Assembly: GCF_014201825.1 (NCBI RefSeq)
Contig: NZ_JACHFJ010000004.1
Coordinates: 142,928 to 166,927 of the forward strand
Source of the DNA: Acidocella aromatica
Lineage (GTDB): Bacteria > Pseudomonadota > Alphaproteobacteria > Acetobacterales > Acetobacteraceae
Direction: 5' to 3'
DNA: 24,000 nucleotides
The position numbers were made by a program, and so were the translations under genes. How positions within the stretch are numbered: position 1 is the first letter of the stretch; every line of letters begins with the position of its first letter. Below the pieces are notes generated by a model. That model was not told the DNA's origin and made no database searches. It saw only the letters and a program-made list of their open reading frames with translations. Below, one piece after another: positions 9,318 to 17,492 of this stretch.

Positions 9318-10472
9318 CTATGTCAGGTGCGGCAAAGCGAGATAGGTCTCGCTTTGCATTTCCTCCAGGCGCGATGCCGTACGTTCAAAGATCTGCGCTC
9401 CTTCGCCGGAGCGATACAGCTCATCGGGGAAGGCGGCGGCGGAGGCGTAGAGCTTCACCCGGTGCTCGTAGAGCGCGTCGATCAGCGTGACGAAACGCCG
9501 GGCCTCGTCGAAATTATCCGGCGAGAGTCGCGGAACGCCGTCGATCACCAGGGTGTGATAATGCGTGGCCAGAGCGAGGTAGTCGCCCGGCCCCAGCGCC
9601 ACGCCGCACAAGGCATGGAAGTCGAACCGCGCGGCTCCGGCCCCGGCCAGCGGCACGGTAAGCTTGCGGCCCTGGATCGTCAGCGTGTCAGCCCGCACTT
9701 TGTCGCCTTCGGTCAGTGTGCTGAAGACCTTGTCCAGCGCGGCGTCGGCCCGGCTGTCGGCGGGCACGTACCACGCGCGCAGGCCGTGCAGGCGCCCGCG
9801 CCGGTAATCCTGCGCCGACTCCAGCACCAGCACGTCGAGTTTCTGCTTGATGAGCGCAATAAAGGGCAGAAAGGCATCGCGTCCCGGCTTACCTTTATAA
9901 AGGTCATCGGGGATCGTGTTGGAGGTGGCGACCACCACCACATGGCGGGCGAACAGCGCCTCGAACAACCGGCCCAGGATCATCGCGTCCACGATGTCGT
10001 GCACCTGGAATTCGTCGAAGCAGAGCAGGGCGGCTTCCCCCGCGATCTCGTCGGCCAGCGGGGGGATCGGGTCCGAGATCTCGGGATGCGCGCGCTTGAT
10101 GGCGTGGAAGCGCCTATGCGTCTGCTGCATGAATTCGTGGAAGTGGATGCGTTTTTTGCGCGGCACTTCCGCCGCCTCGAAGAACAGATCCATGAGCATG
10201 GATTTGCCGCGCCCCACCTCGCCGACGATATACAGCCCGTTCGGGTGGTCCTGGGTTTCATCCACTGGCTTGCGGCGCAGCAGGCGGCTGAGGAAGCCGC
10301 TATTGCTCGTGGAGGGCAGGGGGGAGGGATTGTAGCCGCGCAGCTTGCTCCACAAATCCTGTAACCGCTCGGCAGCGGCGGCCTGGGCCGGGTCGTAAAC
10401 GATGGTGCCGGCGGCAATGCGGGCGCGGTAGGCCGGAATCACGCCGGTCACGGTGGAGGAGGCGCTGGACAT
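9318..10472 (-). CDS. zapE: AFG1-family ATPase / cell division factor ZapE
   Basis: Walker A GEVGRGKSMLMDLFF, Walker B LLCFDEFQVHDI and VATSN. The length (about 384 aa from the ATG at 10472) fits ZapE. The track ORF starts 6 codons earlier at a TTG (10490), which is less likely. Confidence 0.88.
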   Translation of the reverse strand: MSSASSTVTGVIPAYRARIAAGTIVYDPAQAAAAERLQDLWSKLRGYNPSPLPSTSNSGFLSRLLRRKPVDETQDHPNGLYIVGEVGRGKSMLMDLFFEAAEVPRKKRIHFHEFMQQTHRRFHAIKRAHPEISDPIPPLADEIAGEAALLCFDEFQVHDIVDAMILGRLFEALFARHVVVVATSNTIPDDLYKGKPGRDAFLPFIALIKQKLDVLVLESAQDYRRGRLHGLRAWYVPADSRADAALDKVFSTLTEGDKVRADTLTIQGRKLTVPLAGAGAARFDFHALCGVALGPGDYLALATHYHTLVIDGVPRLSPDNFDEARRFVTLIDALYEHRVKLYASAAAFPDELYRSGEGAQIFERTASRLEEMQSETYLALPHLT

Positions 10473-10534
10473 TCCGCGGCGATACTGCAACCGATTGTGC
10501 GGAGCAACACGGGAAAACTGTCACTCGCGCGGGG

Positions 10535-10565
10535 TTGATGCGCAAATTTTAACGGCGCATTGATG
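10535..10565. promoter_or_regulatory. Operator-like motif in the zapE / oxygenase divergent promoter region
   Basis: TTGATGCGC-aaattttaacg-GCGCATTGATG. It combines the inverted repeat ATGCGC (10538-10543) / GCGCAT (10555-10560), with an 11-nt AT-rich spacer, and a direct repeat of TTGATG (10535-10540 and 10560-10565). It lies 15-45 nt upstream of the oxygenase start. Confidence 0.25.
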
Positions 10566-10579
10566 TCGGAGCAGGAGTT

Positions 10580-11233
10580 TTGCTAGGGATGCAACCTATG
10601 GATGTGCTAGATTTCGAGGCGCTGCGTGCCACACGGGTGTCTAACGACCCGTTCGCGCATATCCTGTTGCCGCGTTTTGTGAAGCCCGAGGCGCTGCAGG
10701 CCGTATTTGCAGCATTGCCGCCAATGAAAGGGCGGGGAAGCTTCCCCATCGAGGCGCTGAAGCTCGCCCCCGCCGCCAAGGCCGCCATCGCCGGACTGCA
10801 GAGCGAGACGTTCCGCGAGATCGTGGCTGAGAAATTCGGGCTCGACCTGAAGGGCGCGCCCTCCATGACCACGCTGCGCGGCAATTCCGGTGAGCAGGAT
10901 GGACAGATCCACACCGATTCCTTGGCTAAGCGCGTGACCATCCTGCTGTATCTGAACCCCAGCAACGGTGCTGCCTGGGCCCGGCGGGAAGGCTGCCTGC
11001 GCCTGCTGCGCGGGCCGGACGACCTGGAGAACTACGCCGCCGAGGTGCCGCCGGTGGACGGCACGCTCCTCGTCTTCCCCAACGGCCCGACCACCTGGCA
11101 TGGGCACAAGCAGTATATAGGTCAGCGCTACGTGGTGCAGATGAACTACATGACCACCAGCGCCAAGGCGAAGGCCGAGATGCGCCGGCACCATCTCTCG
11201 GCGTTCATCAAGCGCCTTACCCGGGCGGCCTGA
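10580..11233 (+). CDS. 2OG-Fe(II) oxygenase, prolyl-4-hydroxylase-like fold
   Basis: 217-aa ORF with the facial-triad pattern IHTD (HxD), WHGH (distal His) and RYVVQMNY (2OG-binding Arg). The intervening ILLYLNP...EGCLRLL segment is typical of the P4H-like double-stranded beta-helix. The start is ambiguous: TTG at 10580, or ATG at 10589 or 10598. Confidence 0.72.
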   Translation: MLGMQPMDVLDFEALRATRVSNDPFAHILLPRFVKPEALQAVFAALPPMKGRGSFPIEALKLAPAAKAAIAGLQSETFREIVAEKFGLDLKGAPSMTTLRGNSGEQDGQIHTDSLAKRVTILLYLNPSNGAAWARREGCLRLLRGPDDLENYAAEVPPVDGTLLVFPNGPTTWHGHKQYIGQRYVVQMNYMTTSAKAKAEMRRHHLSAFIKRLTRAA

Positions 11234-11237
11234 GCAG

Positions 11238-11984
11238 ATGCTGGCTGGAAAAAAAGTCGCTGTCATCCTCCCCGCCTATAATGCGGCGCGCACGCTGGAG
11301 CGCACCGTGGCGGAAATCCCGCGCGACATCGTGGACGATGTGATCCTTACCGACGACGGCAGCAAGGACGAGACGGTGGCCCTCGCGCGCCGGCTCGGGC
11401 TGCACACGCTGGTGCATGAGAAGAACCGCGGATATGGCGGCAACCAGAAGACCTGCTACGAAGAGGCCCTGGCGCGTGGCGCGGATATCGTGGTGATGCT
11501 GCACCCCGATTATCAGTATTCGCCGAAGCTGGTGGCGGCCATGGCCTCCATGATCGCCTCGGGCCATTACAACGCGGTGCTGGCTTCGCGCATTCTCGGG
11601 CGCGGGGCGCTCAAGGGCGGCATGCCGTTCTACAAATACATCGCCAATCGTGGACTTACTTTCGTCGAGAATATCCTGCTTGGGCTGAAACTCTCCGAAT
11701 ACCATACCGGCTACCGGGCGTGGTCGGCGGCGCTGCTGCGCGCTTTGCCCCTGGAGCGCTGCTCGGACGATTTCGTGTTCGATAACGAGATGCTGGCCCT
11801 GGCCCGGTGGCATAATGCCGAGATCGGCGAGATCTCCTGTCCCACGCGCTATTTCGCCGAGGCCTCCTCGATCAATTTCCGCCGCTCGGTGGTGTATGGG
11901 CTGGGCGTGCTGCGCACCGCGCTCACCTACCGGCTGGCGCGCTGGGGGTGGCGGCAAGACCCGCTCTTCGCCGATGCGGGTTAA
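11238..11984 (+). CDS. Family 2 glycosyltransferase, Dpm1/ArnC/GtrB-like polyprenyl-phosphate hexose synthase type, soluble form
   Basis: 248 aa (VAVILPAYNAARTLERTV, LTDDGSKDET, NRGYGGNQKTCY, VVMLHPDYQY at the DxD position, YHTGYRAW, FVFDNEML, EIGEISCPTRY). No C-terminal TM helices are visible. The start lies 4 nt after the oxygenase stop and has no clear SD. Confidence 0.83.
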   Translation: MLAGKKVAVILPAYNAARTLERTVAEIPRDIVDDVILTDDGSKDETVALARRLGLHTLVHEKNRGYGGNQKTCYEEALARGADIVVMLHPDYQYSPKLVAAMASMIASGHYNAVLASRILGRGALKGGMPFYKYIANRGLTFVENILLGLKLSEYHTGYRAWSAALLRALPLERCSDDFVFDNEMLALARWHNAEIGEISCPTRYFAEASSINFRRSVVYGLGVLRTALTYRLARWGWRQDPLFADAG

Positions 11985-12666
11985 GGTCCTCGTGCTGCTG
12001 GCGGTCGTGGCGCTCTCCCTGGGGGTGAGCGTGCTGGCCGGGCCGCGCATTGCGGGAGCCGTGGTAGCGGGAGCGGACAGCCTGCGCGCGCTGGGGGCGC
12101 TGGGGCTCGTCCTGTTCTGCGGCGCTGCGTTTGTTTTCGCGCTCGTGGGCATCGTGCCGGGCGGGCTGATCGGCATCGCGGCTGGCGTGGTGTTCGGGGT
12201 GGTTGCCGGATTCGCCGCCAGTGCCGCTGGGGTCATGGCCGGGGCGGTGACGGCTTTTGCGCTGGCACGCGGCGTGGCGCGGCCCTGGGCGCAGGCGCTG
12301 CTGCGCCGCGGTGGGTTTCTCGCCCGGCTGGACGGCGCCGTCTCCGCCGAAGACTGGCGGCTGGTGGCGCTGCTGCGTGTGTCGCCAGTCATGCCGTTCT
12401 GCCTCACCTCCTACGCGCTGGGGCTCTCCGGCGTCTCGCCGCGCCATTACATGATGGGAACTCTGGCCTCGCTGCCGGCCTTGTTCGGCTACGTCGTCAT
12501 CGGTGCGCTGGGCGGCTGGGGGACGCGCCTGCCCGCCGGGCCCGAGCGCTGGTTGCATACCGCCTTGCTACTGGTCGGTGCCGTGGCCACGCTGGCGCTC
12601 GCCTGGTATCTGGGACGGTTGCTGGCGCGGGTTTTAGCGGTTTCACCAGCGCAAAAACCCGTTTAG
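11974..12666 (+). CDS. TVP38/TMEM64-family membrane protein (VTT domain, DedA superfamily)
   Basis: About 230 aa, polytopic and hydrophobic, with the re-entrant-loop-like motif LLRVSPVMPFCLTSYALGLSGV and G-rich helices typical of the SNARE_assoc/VTT domain. I chose the ATG at 11974 because the upstream part of track ORF 11815-12666 is Arg/Pro-rich junk overlapping the GT2 gene. The ATG overlaps the GT2 gene by 11 nt. Confidence 0.72.
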   Translation: MRVKVLVLLAVVALSLGVSVLAGPRIAGAVVAGADSLRALGALGLVLFCGAAFVFALVGIVPGGLIGIAAGVVFGVVAGFAASAAGVMAGAVTAFALARGVARPWAQALLRRGGFLARLDGAVSAEDWRLVALLRVSPVMPFCLTSYALGLSGVSPRHYMMGTLASLPALFGYVVIGALGGWGTRLPAGPERWLHTALLLVGAVATLALAWYLGRLLARVLAVSPAQKPV

Positions 12667-12676
12667 GGTAGCGGCA

Positions 12677-13258
12677 ATGCTGACAGATTTGCCCAATGTC
12701 CTGACCTTGTCCCGGATCGGCGCGATCCCCCTGCTGGTGCTGCTGGCGGCATTGCGCGGGCCGCTGCCCGATTTTCTCGCCGCGCTGGTGTTCACCCTGG
12801 CCGGGATCACCGATTATCTAGACGGCTACCTTGCCCGCGAGCGCAAGCAGCTTTCCGATTTTGGCCGCATGCTCGACCCTATTGCCGACAAGTTGCTGGT
12901 AGGCGCCACGCTGATGGCTCTGGTCGGCTTCGGGCGGCTACCGGCCTACGGGCTGTACCCGGCCATTGTCATCATGCTGCGCGAGATTCTGGTCTCGGGC
13001 CTGCGTGAATATCTGGCCGAGATCCGCGTTGGCCTGCCGGTGACAAAGCTCGCCAAATGGAAGACCGGCGTGCAGATGGTCGCCCTAGGCCTGCTGCTGC
13101 TGGGCGGCGATGGCGCGCGCGTCATGGGCCTGGGTTCCCTGCCGATGGACTGGATCGGCGGCACGCTGCTCTGGCTTGCCGCGGCGCTGACCCTGATTAC
13201 CGGCTGGGACTACCTCACCGCCGGGCTGCGGCATGCTGGCGTCGGCGTGGATGCCTGA
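12677..13258 (+). CDS. pgsA: CDP-diacylglycerol--glycerol-3-phosphate 3-phosphatidyltransferase
   Basis: 193 aa with the CDP-alcohol phosphotransferase signature DGYLARERKQLSDFGRMLDPIADKL (DGx2ARx8Gx3Dx3D). The size and TM pattern match PgsA. Confidence 0.9.
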   Translation: MLTDLPNVLTLSRIGAIPLLVLLAALRGPLPDFLAALVFTLAGITDYLDGYLARERKQLSDFGRMLDPIADKLLVGATLMALVGFGRLPAYGLYPAIVIMLREILVSGLREYLAEIRVGLPVTKLAKWKTGVQMVALGLLLLGGDGARVMGLGSLPMDWIGGTLLWLAAALTLITGWDYLTAGLRHAGVGVDA

Positions 13259-13313
13259 GAGCGCCGCGGGCTTTCTCACACTGCTTTGCCCCCATCCCCA
13301 AGGAGACGGAAGT

Positions 13314-13724
13314 TTGCGAATATCCCTGGCCGTGGGCCTGTTGCTGGTTCTCTCCGGCTGTGCCAGCGAGCGGCATTTCGCCGCTCATTCCCTGTGGCCG
13401 TTCGGCAACCCCAACGCCCCGGCCACCACCAGCGAGACGGCGCAGCGCGCCCTGGGACATGACGTGACCCTCGCCCCGCTGCAACCGCAGCCCGGCGATG
13501 TCTGGCCCGGCCCCGTGCAGCCGATGCCGACGCTGAGCCAGGTCCAGAAATATTCGAACCTGCCGCTCGGCCAGGGCTATACGCCGTCCTTGCCGTCGCC
13601 TTATCCGCCCGGCGAGGAGCCGAAGGATAACGGCAAGTCCGAAAGTCCCACTGATGGCCAACTCTACAACACAGTGAACGGCGCGCCGCAGGTGGTGCCC
13701 GCCGTACCGGGCGACGCAAGATAA
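13314..13724 (+). CDS. Small proline-rich lipoprotein, hypothetical
   Basis: TTG at 13314 is preceded by AGGAG (13301-13305) with 8-nt spacing. The N-terminus LRISLAVGLLLVLSGCASE carries the lipobox L-S-G-C. The mature part is Pro/Gln/Gly-rich with no recognisable domain. The track's ATG at 13233 would overlap pgsA and adds non-signal sequence. Confidence 0.6.
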   Translation: MRISLAVGLLLVLSGCASERHFAAHSLWPFGNPNAPATTSETAQRALGHDVTLAPLQPQPGDVWPGPVQPMPTLSQVQKYSNLPLGQGYTPSLPSPYPPGEEPKDNGKSESPTDGQLYNTVNGAPQVVPAVPGDAR

Positions 13725-13790
13725 CCCCAGCCCCGGCCACGCGGCGGCAGGATTTGCCCCCCGGGCCGGACCGGCTATAGGAGCGCCATC

Positions 13791-14306
13791 ATGGACCTGA
13801 AGCAACATATTCGCGGTATTCCGGATTTCCCCAAACCGGGGATCCTTTTCTATGACATCTCGACCCTGCTGCGGCACGCCGATGCCTGGCAGGTGGCGAT
13901 GGGCCGTCTGGCCAACGTGGTGCGCGCCTATCACCCCACCGTGCTGGCGGGCGTTGAGAGCCGCGGCTTCCTGCTTGCGGCCCCGCTGGCGTTGAAGCTG
14001 GGCTGCGGCTTCGTGATGCTGCGCAAGCCGGGCAAGCTGCCGGGCGCCACCGTGGGGCTGGACTACGCGCTGGAATACGGCACGGACCGGATCGAGATCC
14101 AGGCGGACGCCATCGAGCCCGGCGCGCGCGTTGTCGTGGTGGATGATCTTCTCGCCACCGGTGGCACCATGGCGGCGGGGATCCAGCTGCTGCAGAAGGT
14201 GGGGGGCGATGTGGTCGCCGCCGCGTCGCTCATCGAGCTGACCTTCCTGGGCGGCCGTGACAAGCTGGACGTGCCGTTCGAGGCGCTCGTTCAGTACGAC
14301 AATTGA
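13791..14306 (+). CDS. apt: Adenine phosphoribosyltransferase
   Basis: 171 aa ([21 protein letters not shown]; the PRPP-binding loop [13 protein letters not shown]). An AGGAG RBS lies upstream. Confidence 0.95.
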   Translation: MDLKQHIRGIPDFPKPGILFYDISTLLRHADAWQVAMGRLANVVRAYHPTVLAGVESRGFLLAAPLALKLGCGFVMLRKPGKLPGATVGLDYALEYGTDRIEIQADAIEPGARVVVVDDLLATGGTMAAGIQLLQKVGGDVVAAASLIELTFLGGRDKLDVPFEALVQYDN

Positions 14307-14358
14307 CGAAACCGGGGGTTCCCCTAATGTCCGCCGCCAGGAAACGCGGAAAGGTGGA

Positions 14359-15414
14359 ATGCTGAAACGCCGGGATATGTTCACCGGATTGGCGCTCGCC
14401 GCCATGCTGGCGCGCAAGGGGTGGGCCGACAATGTGTCGGTCACCGTTGCCGCGCCGCCGCTGACCCTGCTCGTCGCCGGGCCGGACGGCCAGCAGACCA
14501 GCCGCTGGGGCGATGCCTGCGCGCTCGCCATGTCCGGCTGTTTCCCCGGCAATCCGGCCATAAATACCATGACGGTCGGCGGGCTGGACGGCGTGACCGG
14601 CGCCAACCGGCTGGACGCCCTGGTGGTGCCCGACGGCAAGACTGCCGCCATCCTACCCGGCGTGGCGCTCATCGCTTTCCTCTGCGGCGACAGCCGCGTG
14701 CATTTCGACCCCACGCGCTGGACCCCGCTGCTCGCGGGTGGCAATTCCGGCGTGCTGATGGTTCGCGCCGCAGGCGGCGTGAAGCCTGATCTCAACCTGC
14801 TCAAATCCATGGCCCCGCTGCGCCTGGGCGCGGATTCGCCGCAGAGCGCCGATCTCGCGGCGCTGCTGGCGCTGGCGCGAATCGGCGTGGCCACCGCCCC
14901 GGTGTTCGGCCTGCGCGATACAGCCGCCAAAACCCGCGCCTTCATCGCGGGCGAGGTGGATGCGGTGTTCATCAGCGGTGAGGGCGTGCCAGAGGATCTG
15001 GCACCGCTCTCCGCCTCGGGCGCCGTACCGGCCTTCAGCCTTGGTGCCATGGATGCCAGCGGCCGTGTCGCCGCCGATCCGCTCTTTCCCAGCCTGCCCG
15101 ACGCCCTCGCCTTCGGCCCCGGCACAGAACCATTCCTGGATGCAGCCTACGCCGCCGCCGCCGTTGCCGCGCGGCTGGATTTCCTGCTGGTGCTCCCGCG
15201 CCTGACCGACGCCAATTCCGTGGCGCAATGGCGCAAGGCGGCCACGACCGCCAGCACCACGCCAGGGCTTTCCGCCGCCGCCGATGCCAGCGCCATCAGC
15301 CTGCAACCCGCCCCGGTGCTGGCTGCAGCCCTGGCCGCGCTCAGCCTGCCGGTGGACGCTCAGGTTAGCCTGCAAACCTTCCTCGCCAAGACCTATGGCT
15401 GGCAGCCAAGCTAA
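14359..15414 (+). CDS. Periplasmic protein with a twin-arginine-like signal; divergent Bug/TctC-like substrate-binding fold (tentative)
   Basis: The ATG at 14359 has an upstream AAGGTGGA RBS. The N-terminus is MLKRRDMFTGLALAAMLARKGWA. Loose collinear resemblance to Bug-family binding proteins (P-x-T-L-L-V, GG-x-GVTGAN, PDGKT, FDPxxWxPL, VLMV, GEVDAVF). Codon usage (high GC3) supports this strand over the antisense 636-aa ORF. The functional family call is weak. Confidence 0.5.
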   Translation: MLKRRDMFTGLALAAMLARKGWADNVSVTVAAPPLTLLVAGPDGQQTSRWGDACALAMSGCFPGNPAINTMTVGGLDGVTGANRLDALVVPDGKTAAILPGVALIAFLCGDSRVHFDPTRWTPLLAGGNSGVLMVRAAGGVKPDLNLLKSMAPLRLGADSPQSADLAALLALARIGVATAPVFGLRDTAAKTRAFIAGEVDAVFISGEGVPEDLAPLSASGAVPAFSLGAMDASGRVAADPLFPSLPDALAFGPGTEPFLDAAYAAAAVAARLDFLLVLPRLTDANSVAQWRKAATTASTTPGLSAAADASAISLQPAPVLAAALAALSLPVDAQVSLQTFLAKTYGWQPS

Positions 15415-15416
15415 CC

Positions 15417-16825
<1,409 letters not shown>

Positions 16826-16826
<1 letters not shown>

Positions 16827-17401
16827 TGACCTGGATCGATGCCGCCGCGCTGGTGGTGGTGCTGCTTTCCGCGGCAATTTCGATGGTGCGCGGCTTTGTG
16901 CGTGAGGTTCTGGGCGTAGGCGCCTGGGTGGGCGCCGCCTTCGCGGCGGTGAAGCTCTACCCGCTGGCGCAGCCCGAGATCGCCTCCATCCTGCCCGCGA
17001 GCATGAAGAACTTCGTGATCTACGGCGCCATGGCCGTGGTGTTCCTGATCGTGCTGATCGTGCTCAGCTTGGTCAGCGCGCTTATTGGCGGTCTGGTGCG
17101 GGACTCGGCGCTCTCAGGGCTGGATCACAGCCTTGGGCTGGTGTTCGGCGCGGTGCGCGGGGCGTTGGTGGTGTGCGTCGCTTACGTCGCGCTTTCGGTG
17201 GGCGTGGCGCAGCCGCAATGGCCCGATCCGGTGGTGAAGGCGCGCTTCCTGCCGATGGCCTATCAGGGCGCGAAGGCGCTGGTTTCCCTGCTGCCTGGCA
17301 CCTATCAGCCAAAGGTGGACCCGCTGCCCGGCAGTCCCGCCCCGGCAGCCGCCACGCTGATGCAGCAGCCCGTCGCGGGCAGCGCATTGCAAACATATTA
17401 A
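16826..17401 (+). CDS. cvpA: CvpA-family inner-membrane protein
   Basis: About 191 aa with 4 TM segments. The N-terminus MTWIDAAALVVVLLSAAISMVRGFVREV is typical of CvpA. It shows the conserved cvpA-purF synteny. Its ATG overlaps the radA TGA (TGATG). Confidence 0.85.
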
Positions 17402-17492
17402 ACACGGCGGTGGCACTTTTTTGCGCAGCCGCCTCGACATCACGGCGGTGCGCGAGTAGTTGACGCGCGCGTAGGCTTGGAGGTTGGGCCCG

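Noticed and set aside
9285-9329. 11-bp direct repeat TATGTCAGGTG (9285-9295 and 9319-9329) at and just beyond the zapE stop codon
   Set aside because: It is too short to be statistically meaningful in a 24-kb window. It has no associated structure or obvious function. The second copy is simply the last zapE codons.
8391-10364. 657-aa + strand ORF
   Set aside because: It lies antisense to sucC and zapE and crosses their intergenic region. It has no motifs, and the opposite-strand genes are strongly supported.
11217-12558. Minus-strand ORFs of 396 aa and 211 aa opposite the GT2/TVP38 genes
   Set aside because: Their composition is extremely Arg/Pro/Ala/Thr-rich. The + strand frames carry GT2 and VTT-domain motifs and GC3-rich codon usage.
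13215-15125. 636-aa minus-strand ORF
   Set aside because: It lies antisense to the lipoprotein, apt (unambiguous) and the binding-protein genes. It is a low-complexity Ala/Arg/Pro/Ser-rich translation.
17411-17426. Sigma-54-like promoter element TGGCAC-TTTTTT-GC in the cvpA-purF spacer
   Set aside because: The GG-to-GC spacing is 9 nt, or 11 nt using the next GC, rather than the strictly required 10 nt (TGGCAC-N5-TTGC). It is a near miss and probably coincidental. There is no enhancer-binding protein context.
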